A stretch of 63,221 nt of DNA, filler included, from Octopus bimaculoides (GCF_001194135.2; 4 parts of 4 records of this genome joined end to end with filler, not necessarily neighbours in it); one strand, 5' to 3'. Numbered from the whole stretch's first letter, positions 37,034 through 52,011 are shown. The notes: generated from the sequence alone by a model not told the origin. A program made the numbers and translations.

Positions 37034-37325
37034 ACAGCTATGACGATTTGAAGTAGGAAATACGAAGGTTGTGTATACGTGATACGAATAGTAATTGGTG
37101 CTCTTGGAAGTATCAGCACTCAACTACCAACATGGCTGCAAAAAAGATCGGTGCAAGTGTGAAGGTAGAACATCTACAAAAAAATCAGCATTGCTTGGAA
37201 CTGCAAGAATTCTTCGCAGAGTTCTTGAAGCAAGACCACTAAACAAGTGTCTCCTTAGTCTGCTGGCTGTGGACAGCTGACACTTTCCATCATACCCAGC
37301 AAAATAAGCCGTGAGTTTTCGTATA
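37034..37325 (+). mobile_element. R4/Dong-type RLE 3' fragment
   Basis: IVIGALGSI...QKSALLGTARILRRVLE; lies between (GAA)n and (AAT)n. Confidence 0.8.
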
Positions 37326-37344
37326 ATAATAATAATAATAATAG

Positions 37345-38135
37345 AGTAAACAACTGGAAAATGAAGCCACTGCATGGGCTATACCTCAGAGGAACCGAAA
37401 CAAAAAACAAGATCAACATTTGGCGATGGCTAAGAAAAAGTGACCTGAAAGATGCACTGAGGCATTGATATGCAGCGACTAGGAACAAGCTCTGAGAACT
37501 AATTACACCAAATTCCAAATGGATAAGAGTAGCGAATCACCTCCTTTATAGGACGTGTGGCAGCAGAAATAAAACAATCTGACATATTGTGAGTGAGTGT
37601 AGCCAGCTGGCCCAAAAACACTACAAAAGAAGGCACGATAACGTGGCTAAGTTCGTCTACTGGAGGCCATGTGAAAAATACGGCCTGGGCAGAGAACGGA
37701 AATGGTACGAACATGAACCAGAAGTCACCAAGAAGAAGTAAGATAAGATACTGTGGAACTTTACAACCCAATGTTACTCCTTAATAGAGGCTCGGAGACT
37801 AGATATTGTTGCGGTAGATGAAAGCAAAAAGGAAACCAAAAAAATAGATATTGCAATACCTGGGGATGCACGAATAAGTGACAAAGAACTAGAAAAGATT
37901 AAAAAGTATGGATTACCAAAAGATCCTAATACCAGGATCTAATCAGAGAGCAGAGGACACTGTGGAAGACGAAGGCAACAATTATTCCTGTAGAAATTGG
38001 TGCCCTTGGTATAACACCCAAAATGTTATCTAAAAGGCTGAAAGAGACTAGAATTGAAATTCTGCTTGTGGATCTGCAGAACAGTATCATCTAATATTCT
38101 ACAAGAATCCTCAAAAAAATTCTTGAGTTTTGAGG
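37345..38135 (+). mobile_element. R4/Dong-type fragment: zinc knuckle plus RLE
   Basis: WKMKPLHG, EQALRTNY, RTCG...HIVSECSQLAQKHYKRRHDNVAK, DKILWNF, RRLDIVAVD, KIDIAIPGDARI; starts after (AAT)n. Confidence 0.88.
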
Positions 38136-38408
38136 AGACTTAGTGTCACCAAACCTGCTAACTAACCAGGCATGTAACCGCATAATTGATAATAATTATT
38201 TCAAATTTTTGCCACAAGGGTTGCTTGGGGAGGTGGATATGAGTCGATTACATCAACCCCAGTGCGTAACTGGTACTTATTTAGTCGACCTCGAAAGGAT
38301 GAAAGGCAAAGTTGACCTCGGCGGAATTTGAACTCAGAACATAGCGGCAGACGAAATACCGCTAAGCATTTCGCCCGGCGTGCTAACGATTCTGCCAGCT
38401 CGCCGGCT

Positions 38409-38938
<530 letters not shown>

Positions 38939-39581
38939 ATAATAATAATAATAATNNNNNNNNNNNNNNNNNNNNNNNNNNNNNNNNNNNNNNNNNNNNN
39001 NNNNNNNNNNNNNNNNNNNNNNNNNNNNNNNNNNNNNNNNNNNNNNNNNNNNNNNNNNNNNNNNNNNNNNNNNNNNNNNNNNNNNNNNNNNNNNNNNNNN
39101 NNNNNNNNNNNNNNNNNNNNNNNNNNNNNNNNNNNNNNNNNNNNNNNNNNNNNNNNNNNNNNNNNNNNNNNNNNNNNNNNNNNNNNNNNNNNNNNNNNNN
39201 NNNNNNNNNNNNNNNNNNNNNNNNNNNNNNNNNNNNNNNNNNNNNNNNNNNNNNNNNNNNNNNNNNNNNNNNNNNNNNNNNNNNNNNNNNNNNNNNNNNN
39301 NNNNNNNNNNNNNNNNNNNNNNNNNNNNNNNCAAACCTTATTCAGGAACCTTTTGAGCGGGATGGGCTACTCGACCTGAAGAAAATTCTAACTGGGCCCC
39401 CACCTGCGAGGTCATGCACTGTTTATCTTGATACGAGATCACCATGTCGCGCACATATGGTTGTGATGCATGTGCCTGGTGTACCCTTATCAGACGGGTA
39501 GTCATGATGGGTATAATGGGCTTCGTATATTTTGCCCCAGTGTCACTTTGATGGCATGCACTGCTCTCTCACTCAATAATG

Positions 39582-39644
<63 letters not shown>

Positions 39645-39739
39645 CTCACAGATAATACTCTGAAATCTAGCAAATACGAGGGAGACGCATCAAAACTCAC
39701 AGAAACATAGTGGAGGTAAAACTCCAGTAGGAAAGGGTG

Positions 39740-40080
39740 AAGCTTTACAAGGCGTAATAATTGTCCATTAATAGGCAACTGCCATAGATTTGCCATTGTA
39801 TATAGGCACGGTCCTTAACAAACAACAGTGCCACCGTCGATTTTAAACGTCGATACCTCGTCCACTTGAGCTCGTTTAAACTCTGTTAAACCCAGTAAAT
39901 CTATCTTACAAGCTAACCATATACATTACTTTAAAGAAAATAACGTACAATACAATATAATGTGGTCGACCATCATCATTGGAATGCCATACCAGGGAAA
40001 CAACGCTCGGTGTAGTTTATGCTTAAAAGAATCTTTACAAATCTTATTACATAATCCCTACCAGACCAGCAACACGAAGC
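39740..40080 (+). mobile_element. Penelope-like element (Neptune-type) GIY-YIG endonuclease remnant
   Basis: RRNNCPLIGNCHRFAIVY, DFKRRYLVHLSSFK, NHIHYFKENNVQYNIMWSTII..PYQGNNARCSLCLKESLQIL: the PLE Cys-rich linker and C-terminal PY...C.LC..E motif. Confidence 0.75.
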
Positions 40081-40158
40081 TTTTACTACTCGTACATTAT
40101 TTACATTGTTTACATTATTTACATTCGACGTATATTTGTCCTCATCTTGTTTGTTATT

Positions 40159-40204
40159 AACACAACGTTTCGGCTGATATACCCTCCAGCCTTCATCAGG
40201 TGTC
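40159..40204 (-). ncRNA. Minimal type I hammerhead ribozyme (left arm)
   Basis: GACAC-CUGAUGA-A-GGCUG(10 nt)CAGCC-GAA-ACGU-U-GUGUU; intact core. Confidence 0.8.
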
Positions 40205-40268
40205 TTGGGGAAATTTCGAACCTGGGTTTTCATTCCTAAATTATTTTTCGATGTTATTATTATTATTA

Positions 40269-40301
<33 letters not shown>

Positions 40302-40462
40302 GTGTTCATGTCACTGCTTGGAATCGAACTCGGAATATTGGGGTTAGTAGCCCGGGCTCTTAACTACTACGCCATATACCCGTGGGCATATGGCGTAGTG
40401 GTTAAGAGCAAGGGCTACTAACAAATTATTCCGAGTTAGATTCCAAGCACTGACCTGAACAC

Positions 40463-40493
<31 letters not shown>

Positions 40494-40559
40494 GATAATA
40501 ATAATAATAACATCGAAAAATACCTTAGGAATGAGAACTCAGGTTCGAAATTTCCTCAA

Positions 40560-40605
40560 AACACCTGATGAAGGTTGGAGGGTATATCAGCCGAAACGTT
40601 GTGTT
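40560..40605 (+). ncRNA. Minimal type I hammerhead ribozyme (right arm)
   Basis: AACAC-CUGAUGA-A-GGUUG(10 nt)CAGCC-GAA-ACGU-U-GUGUU; predicted cut after U40600. Confidence 0.8.
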
Positions 40606-41672
40606 AATAACAAACAAGATGAGGACAAATATACGTCGAATGTAAATAACGTAAATAATGTAAATAATGTACAGAATTCCTCATCTCTTAAATATAAAAC
40701 TGTTTTACCACTCGTGTTCACAGATTCTTCAAAACATTCCGGTTTTATCGTAAATCTAAACGTCGCACTTTGAAGCCCTCTACACAACTCACACCCACAT
40801 AAATTATAACAGCATTATATGCTTATTTAATTTAATTGAATTCCTCATACACTCCTCTATTCCTCACTTTATGTTACGATTAATCATTATTACTTTATCT
40901 GCATCTCTGAAATCCGTTATTGATTTCCCCTGTTTTAAAATTATCACAAACATGAATTTCATTTACTTCCACCGTCCAAATTTCATTTGCTCGGACTTCC
41001 AATATAAGTTTTAAAACCTTACTGTTTACATCTATGTTGCTACATTACCAACATTTACCCATCGTCGTCATCATCATCATCATCGTCGTCGTTTAACGTC
41101 TGTTTTCTATGATGGCATGGGTTGGACAGTTTGGCAGCAGTTAGCAAGCCGAAGAGCTATCCCAGGCTCCAAATGTCTGATTTGGCTTGGTTTCTACAGC
41201 TAGATGCCCTTCCTAACGCCAACCCCTTTACAGAGTGTACTGGGTGCTTTTTACGTGGCACCAGCGCTTTTTACGTGGCACTAGCACGGATGCTTTTTAT
41301 GTGGGACTAATGCAGGTACTTTTTACATGATACCAGCACTAATCATTAAATTCATTATTTCGAATATGAACAGTTTCATTTCTACAATAAATACATTCAA
41401 TATTCTAGTAACCATTAAGTACGTCCAAAACGCACTCCTTGACTTCGTTATGTATGTTATAATATGTAAGCATTAATTCCTATCAACTTCATAACTACCA
41501 CTTACCCATTAATAAGACTTGCAAACTATCATAGAAAAATAATTTATGATTCTCAACCTCCATTATTTCTTCTTCCAATCTCCTTTTTTCCTTTCAATCC
41601 TTAGCTTAACCTTTTCCTTCACGCCTGCACTATATCGACCGCTTATCTCAACATACTATACAGCTAGTTGTA

Positions 41673-42000
41673 CGACGGTGAGTCAAAAAGTGATGCCATT
41701 TTGTTTAGGACAGGTATAATTACCAACACAGGAACATGTATCATACATCAAAATGAAGCTGGTCCTCTGTGGATCACATCCCTACTCCTCAGCATAGTCA
41801 CCGTCCAGTGACGAGGAAGTGAAAACTGTAGTGAAGAAGTGGCTCAAAGAACAGTCAACAGAATTTTACAGGGCAGGGATACATGCTCTCATTCGAAGGT
41901 GGAACATTGCTATTGAGAGGAACGGTGACTATGTTGAGAATTAGGGATGTGATCCACAGAGGACTAGCTTCATTTTGATGTATGATACATGTTCCTGTGT
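41673..42000 (+). mobile_element. Internally deleted mariner with a long inverted repeat
   Basis: TA|CGACGGTGAGTCAAAAAGT start; 59-bp IR at 41726-41784 and 41942-42000 (1 mismatch) around DEEVKTVVKKWLKEQSTEFYRAGIHALIRRWNIAIERNGDYVEN*. Confidence 0.88.
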
Positions 42001-42699
42001 NNNNNNNNNNNNNNNNNNNNNNNNNNNNNNNNNNNNNNNNNNNNNNNNNNNNNNNNNNNNNNNNNNNNNNNNNNNNNNNNNNNNNNNNNNNNNNNNNNNN
42101 NNNNNNNNNNNNNNNNNNNNNNNNNNNNNNNNNNNNNNNNNNNNNNNNNNNNNNNNNNNNNNNNNNNNNNNNNNNNNNNNNNNNNNNNNNNNNNNNNNNN
42201 NNNNNNNNNNNNNNNNNNNNNNNNNNNNNNNNNNNNNNNNNNNNNNNNNNNNNNNNNNNNNNNNNNNNNNNNNNNNNNNNNNNNNNNNNNNNNNNNNNNN
42301 NNNNNNNNNNNNNNNNNNNNAGGGTCCATATAAGACTTTGCTATTAAAATATATTTGCAATAAATTGGTTATACTTCTGTTTACACTACACAAAACATTC
42401 TAACAATTTTTTATACAGTTCCTAATAATCCTTTCTACTATAGACACAAGGCCTAAAATGTCGGGGGAGGGGACTAGTCGATTACATGGACCTCAGTGTT
42501 TCACTGGTACTTAATTTATCGACACTGAAAGGATGAAAGGCGAAGTCAATCTCGGCGGAATTTGAACTCAGAACGTAAAGACGGACGAAATACCGCTAAG
42601 CATTTCGCCCGGCATGCTAATGATTCTGCCAGCTCGCCGCTTTGTACGATTCCTAATAATATTTAATTATAAAGATACAGTGAAATGTTGTTTTTTTTA

Positions 42700-43270
42700 T
42701 ATATTGATACATCGAATGGCTATGGAGGTCCAGTTGCGTACTTGGCTCTTTTTGAAGAAAATTCAGCCGGTTTTCTTCAATGTTTCCTCACCCAAGATGA
42801 ATGTTGGGTTCACCACTTTGAACCAGAGACCAAACGGCAGTCGATACAGTGGAGACACTTGTCTTCTCCCTCACCAAAGAAGGCCAAGGTGGTATCATCG
42901 GCAGGGAAGGTGATGGCCTCCGTCTTCTGGGATGCAAAGGGCGTTGTGTTCATTGACTACCTTCAGAAAGGCCATACTGTCAGTGGAGAATGCTAGGTCA
43001 ATTTGCTGAGGCAGCTACGAAAGGCAATCAAATCAAAACAGCCTGGAAAACTAACGAAGGGGGTCCTGTTTCACCAGGACAATGCTCTGTGGTTGCAATG
43101 GTTGCTGTGAACGACTGTGGCTTTGAACTGGTTAATCCCCCTCCATATTCTCCTGATTCGACACCGTCTGACTGTTTTCTGTTCCTCAACATGAAAAAAG
43201 ACTTGGCTGGGAAGCAGTATCGGACCGATGATGATGTCATATCTACTGTTGCGGTCTTTTTTGAGGATCA
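42700..43270 (+). pseudogene. mariner (DD34D) transposase fragment
   Basis: LTQDECWVHHFEPETKRQS, SAGKVMASVFWDAKGV, VLFHQDNA, PPYSPDSTPSDCFLF. Confidence 0.92.
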
Positions 43271-43482
43271 GTTACATCAACTGAATTACCTGTTCATTGA
43301 ATTCACTTATAAGTGGCTGAGTATTCCACGGGAAAATCTGCGCCCTTAACTTAATTCTTGGGTAGAATAAGGGTATCACAGTTTGTAACAAGTTGGTATT
43401 TTTGAATTACAGGTAGATCCACCCGATAAGGTTTTTATACAAACATTTAACGTAGAATTTTCTGGAATAGAATGTGACTTAC

Positions 43483-43551
43483 TTCGTATTTTTTAATTAA
43501 CCTCTGGGCTTTGCATAATTCTTTATCTTTGTCAAAAGCATGTCTTTCAGC
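43483..43551 (-). CDS. CEP290-like coiled-coil exon (AERHAFDKDKELCKAQRLIKKYE)
   Basis: TATATTTTCCCAG| acceptor, |GTAAGT donor, 69 nt, phase 0-0; aligns by eye to recalled human CEP290 AEADAREKDKELVEALKRLKDYE. Confidence 0.62.
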
Positions 43552-44828
43552 CTGGGAAAATATATAGAATATACATATGTAAGGGACGACCGTGCGAACT
43601 CATAAAAGGAGAAATGGTGACGAATGGAAAAACAGAGGACTCCTTTTATTTAAACGGGTCACACGGTCGAACATACAAATATATATCAAATGATGATATA
43701 CATGATATGTTATGCGACGATANNNNNNNNNNNNNNNNNNNNNNNNNNNNNNNNNNNNNNNNNNNNNNNNNNNNNNNNNNNNNNNNNNNNNNNNNNNNNN
43801 NNNNNNNNNNNNNNNNNNNNNNNNNNNNNNNNNNNNNNNNNNNNNNNNNNNNNNNNNNNNNNNNNNNNNNNNNNNNNNNNNNNNNNNNNNNNNNNNNNNN
43901 NNNNNNNNNNNNNNNNNNNNNNNNNNNNNNNNNNNNNNNNNNNNNNNNNNNNNNNNNNNNNNNNNNNNNNNNNNNNNNNNNNNNNNNNNNNNNNNNNNNN
44001 NNNNNNNNNNNNNNNNNNNNNNNNNNNNNNNNNNNNNNNNNNNNNNNNNNNNNNNNNNNNNNNNNNNNNNNNNNNNNNNNNNNNNNNNNNNNNNNNNNNN
44101 NNNNNNNNNNNNNNNNNNNNNNNNNNNNNNNNNNNNNNNNNNNNNNNNNNNNNNNNNNNNNNNNNNNNNNNNNNNNNNNNNNNNNNNNNNNNNNNNNNNN
44201 NNNNNNNNNNNNNNNNNNNNNNNNNNNNNNNNNNNNNNNNNNNNNNNNNNNNNNNNNNNNNNNNNNNNNNNNNNNNNNNNNNNNNNNNNNNNNNNNNNNN
44301 NNNNNNNNNNNNNNNNNNNNNNNNNNNNNNNNNNNNNNNNNNNNNNNNNNNNNNNNNNNNNNNNNNNNNNNNNNNNNNNNNNNNNNNNNNNNNNNNNNNN
44401 NNNNNNNNNNNNNNNNNNNNNNNNNNNNNNNNNNNNNNNNNNNNNNNNNNNNNNNNNNNNNNNNNNNNNNNNNNNNNNNNNNNNNNNNNNNNNNNNNNNN
44501 NNNNNNNNNNNNNNNNNNNNNNNNNNNNNNNNNNNNNNNNNNNNNNNNNNNNNNNNNNNNNNNNNNNNNNNNNNNNNNNNNNNNNNNNNNNNNNNNNNNN
44601 NNNNNNNNNNNNNNNNNNNCGGGAGGTAGTTTCACTACACATATATAGTGTACAACATTTTAGTGAAATGAACATACGTACGTACGTACGTACATACATA
44701 CATACATACATACATACATACATACATTTATCATTTAAATATATATGAGCATGTCTAGATATGTTGCTATATGCATATCACCTGTTTCAACATAACTGTA
44801 ATATATTATATACAAATTATGCCATTTT

Positions 44829-44860
44829 AATCCCGAGCAATGCCGAGTATCCCTGCTAGT
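44829..44860 (+). mobile_element. Possible Helitron 3' end
   Basis: CCCGAGCAATGCCGAGTATCCCTGCTAG|T: degenerate subterminal hairpin plus CTAG; a similar end lies at about 56993-57029. Confidence 0.35.
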
Positions 44861-45039
44861 ATATATATATATTTATATATATATATATATACACAGGGTG
44901 TCCACAAGGTCTAGGTACATGGAGTAAATAAAATCATTAAACAATTAAATATAAGAAATAATAATTTCTTAAAGCATGTGTTAATCCCCATGTACNNNNN
45001 NNNNNNNNNNNNNNNNNNNNNNNNNNNNNNNNNNNNNNN

Positions 45040-45051
45040 TTAATTAATTAA
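45040..45051. other. Artificial scaffold linker
   Basis: N44-TTAATTAATTAA-N44. Confidence 0.95.
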
Positions 45052-45095
45052 NNNNNNNNNNNNNNNNNNNNNNNNNNNNNNNNNNNNNNNNNNNN

Positions 45096-47765
<2,670 letters not shown>

Positions 47766-48879
47766 ATTGGTACACTTCTCGATATTTCGTTTCATATTAA
47801 AGCAGCGACCTGGCAGAAACGTTAGCACGCCGGACAAAATGCTTAGCGGCATTTCGTCCGCCTAGACGTTCTAAGTTCAACCTCCACCATGGTCGACTTT
47901 GCCTTTATTCTTTCGGGGTCGATAAAATAAGCCCCTGTGAAACACTGGGGTCCATGTAATCGACTTAACCCCACCCCGAAAACCTAGTAGATCAAAATTA
48001 CATTCACAGATTTCATTCTTCTTCTTCTTCTTCTTCTTCTTCTTCTTCTTCTTCTTCTTCTTCTTNNNNNNNNNNNNNNNNNNNNNNNNNNNNNNNNNNN
48101 NNNNNNNNNNNNNNNNNNNNNNNNNNNNNNNNNNNNNNNNNNNNNNNNNNNNNNNNNNNNNNNNNNNNNNNNNNNNNNNNNNNNNNNNNNNNNNNNNNNN
48201 NNNNNNNNNNNNNNNNNNNNNNNNNNNNNNNNNNNNNNNNNNNNNNNNNNNNNNNNNNNNNNNNNNNNNNNNNNNNNNNNNNNNNNNNNNNNNNNNNNNN
48301 NNNNNNNNNNNNNNNNNNNNNNNNNNNNNNNNNNNNNNNNNNNNNNNNNNNNNNNNNNNNNNNNNNNNNNNNNNNNNNNNNNNNNNNNNNNNNNNNNNNN
48401 NNNNNNNNNNNNNNNNNNNNNNNNNNNNNNNNNNNNNNNNNNNNNNNNNNNNNNNNNNNNNNNNNNNNNNNNNNNNNNNNNNNNNNNNNNNNNNNNNNNN
48501 NNNNNNNNNNNNNNNNNNNNNNNNNNNNNNNNNNNNNNNNNNNNNNNNNNNNNNNNNNNNNNNNNNNNNNNNNNNNNNNNNNNNNNNNNNNNNNNNNNNN
48601 NNNNNNNNNNNNNNNNNNNNNNNNNNNNNNNNNNNNNNNNNNNNNNNNNNNNNNNNNNNNNNNNNNNNNNNNNNNNNNNNNNNNNNNNNNNNNNNNNNNN
48701 NNNNNNNNNNNNNNNNNNNNNNNNNNNNNNNNNNNNNNNNNNNNNNNNNNNNNNNNNNNNNNNNNNNCTTCTTCTTCTTCTTCTTCTTCTTCTTCTTCCT
48801 CCACCACCACCACCACCACCACCACCACTACTACTTATCATTATTATTATTATTTGCTAATCTATATGATTGATACAAT

Positions 48880-49195
48880 CACTCACCGAGACTCACCCAG
48901 CGTCCTGAGGCGAGTGAAAGATAAGAGATGTCACAGTATAACTGAAAGCTTGGGGAGAGCAAGTGGCAGCGGTAGTAGCGAAATATCTTCATGTAATACA
49001 ACAGGTACATTTAAATTAATAGAGTTTTTTCTAAGGATGTGGGCAGTACTTATCAGCACAATCCTGTGGATTTCTCTGAGACATGGTTCTCCTGGGATAT
49101 TATCTAGATGTTTCTGACATCCCTTTTTTAACATACCAAGAGCATCCAAATAACAGGAACCGTTCTCGCTTTAAGATGCCACATCTTTTGTATTT
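48880..49195 (-). mobile_element. R4/Dong-type RLE 3' fragment
   Basis: LEIEIQKMWHLKARTVPVI, ALGMLKKGCQKHLDNIPG, IVLISTAHILRK; AAT tracts at both ends. Confidence 0.82.
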
Positions 49196-49585
49196 CAATT
49201 TCCAAATTATTATTACCTTCGCCTTAGCGAAGACGGAGGTGTTGTTTTCAGTCGTGTTTGTTTGTTTGTTTGTTTGTTTGGACAAGATATCTCAAGTATC
49301 ACTGGATTCGAATGAAACCTTCAGGGATGTTTGGCCTCGTGACTGGCATGAACTGATTAGATTTTGGGATCGATCTGGTACCAGACAAGGATTCTGGATT
49401 ACTTTTTCTTTTTCTTTTTCTTTAATTAATTTTTGAGAGTGGTCGGCTTCATTTTTAGTATTCTCGATTGTGAGAGCAGTCGAGTTCATTTCAGATATTC
49501 TCATTTCAAAAATCATCTCCGGCCAATCGTTGAGAGGCCGCTGGTGTTGCCTTGGCGGAGGTTTGCGCTCTGTGGGTGCTCTTGC

Positions 49586-49639
<54 letters not shown>

Positions 49640-50340
49640 NNNNNNNNNNNNNNNNNNNNNNNNNNNNNNNNNNNNNNNNNNNNNNNNNNNNNNNNNNNNN
49701 NNNNNNNNNNNNNNNNNNNNNNNNNNNNNNNNNNNNNNNNNNNNNNNNNNNNNNNNNNNNNNNNNNNNNNNNNNNNNNNNNNNNNNNNNNNNNNNNNNNN
49801 NNNNNNNNNNNNNNNNNNNNNNNNNNNNNNNNNNNNNNNNNNNNNNNNNNNNNNNNNNNNNNNNNNNNNNNNNNNNNNNNNNNNNNNNNNNNNNNNNNNN
49901 NNNNNNNNNNNNNNNNNNNNNNNNNNNNNNNNNNNNNNNNNNNNNNNNNNNNNNNNNNNNNNNNNNNNNNNNNNNNNNNNNNNNNNNNNNNNNNNNNNNN
50001 NNNNNNNNNNNNNNNNNNNNNNNNNNNNNNNNNNNNNNNNNNNNNNNNNNNNNNNNNNNNNNNNNNNNNNNNNNNNNNNNNNNNNNNNNNNNNNNNNNNN
50101 NNNNNNNNNNNNNNNNNNNNNNNNNNNNNNNNNNNNNNNNNNNNNNNNNNNNNNNNNNNNNNNNNNNNNNNNNNNNNNNNNNNNNNNNNNNNNNNNNNNN
50201 NNNNNNNNNNNNNNNNNNNNNNNNNNNNNNNNNNNNNNNNNNNNNNNNNNNNNNNNNNNNNNNNNNNNNNNNNNNNNNNNNNNNNNNNNNNNNNNNNNNN
50301 NNNNNNNNNNNNNNNNNNNNNNNNNNNNNNNNNNNNNNNN

Positions 50341-50933
50341 NACACCATCCCCACAACAACGATAACAATCACCACCACCTCCCTACCACCTCAACAACCA
50401 CACAGCCACCACCACCACAACAATCACCACAGTCACCACCACCATAGCAACTACAATTACCACCACCACCACCACCACCACCATTGCAAACACCACTACA
50501 ACAACGACAACGACGACCACCACCACAACCACCACCGCCACCACAACCGCTACCACATCTACAACCGCCGTCAAGGCTGGTCCCATAACATTGTCACGAA
50601 ACTTGGTGGACGTAGGAATTAAACTTCACTCAAACCGAACACTAATCTCTTTAAAAGATATTCAAAGACGCACTGCAAGTTATGATGGTCATATTTGGAT
50701 TGTCTATACACAACAATTTTTGGCTGTCTCCCTGTCCTTTATTACAAATCTAACACTATCTTTGTCTGTCTGTCTGTTTGTCTATCAGTCTATCTAGCTA
50801 TCAGTCTATCTATCTGTTTTTTTTTGCCTGTCTGTCTGTCTCTCTATCTGTCTGTCTGTCTGTCTATCTATCTGTCTGTCTGTCTGTCTATCTATCTGTC
50901 TGTCTGTCTGTCTACCAATCTACCATCCACACA

Positions 50934-50978
<45 letters not shown>

Positions 50979-51061
50979 TCTATCTATCTATCTATCTATC
51001 TGCCTGCTTGCCTGCCTGCCTGCCTGTCTGTCTGCCTGCCTGTCTGTCTGTCTGTCTGTCC

Positions 51062-51112
<51 letters not shown>

Positions 51113-51239
51113 ATCTCTCTCTCTCTCTCTTTCTTTCTCTATCTATCTGTCTGTCTGTCTGTCTGTCTATTTATCTATTTATTTATCTGTGCATTTATCT
51201 TTATGTCTGTGTGTCTATCTATCTATCTATCTCTCTTAG

Positions 51240-51297
<58 letters not shown>

Positions 51298-51387
51298 ATT
51301 CTATCTCTCCATCCACCCATGTCTGTCTATCTCTGTCTGTCTATCTCTGTCTGTCTATTCACCTCTCTGTCTATCCATCCTCCCTCC
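50341..51387. repeat. (CAC/CAA)n followed by (TCTG)n/(TCTA)n/(CT)n compound microsatellite
   Basis: Read directly. Confidence 0.95.
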
Positions 51388-51972
51388 NNNNNNNNNNNNN
51401 NNNNNNNNNNNNNNNNNNNNNNNNNNNNNNNNNNNNNNNNNNNNNNNNNNNNNNNNNNNNNNNNNNNNNNNNNNNNNNNNNNNNNNNNNNNNNNNNNNNN
51501 NNNNNNNNNNNNNNNNNNNNNNNNNNNNNNNNNNNNNNNNNNNNNNNNNNNNNNNNNNNNNNNNNNNNNNNNNNNNNNNNNNNNNNNNNNNNNNNNNNNN
51601 NNNNNNNNNNNNNNNNNNNNNNNNNNNNNNNNNNNNNNNNNNNNNNNNNNNNNNNNNNNNNNNNNNNNNNNNNNNNNNNNNNNNNNNNNNNNNNNNNNNN
51701 NNNNNNNNNNNNNNNNNNNNNNNNNNNNNNNNNNNNNNNNNNNNNNNNNNNNNNNNNNNNNNNNNNNNNNNNNNNNNNNNNNNNNNNNNNNNNNNNNNNN
51801 NNNNNNNNNNNNNNNNNNNNNNNNNNNNNNNNNNNNNNNNNNNNNNNNNNNNNNNNNNNNNNNNNNNNNNNNNNNNNNNNNNNNNNNNNNNNNNNNNNNN
51901 NNNNNNNNNNNNNNNNNNNNNNNNNNNNNNNNNNNNNNNNNNNNNNNNNNNNNNNNNNNNNNNNNNNNNNNN

Positions 51973-52011
<39 letters not shown>

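Larger units (their letters stand above)
40094..40702. mobile_element. Head-to-head palindromic element: tRNA-type head, (AAT)n, hammerhead-bearing PLE-type tail
   Basis: Arms 40092-40381 and 40384-40672 are near-perfect reverse complements; flanking direct repeat TTTTAC(T/C)ACTCGT at 40081-40093 and 40703-40715. Confidence 0.9.
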
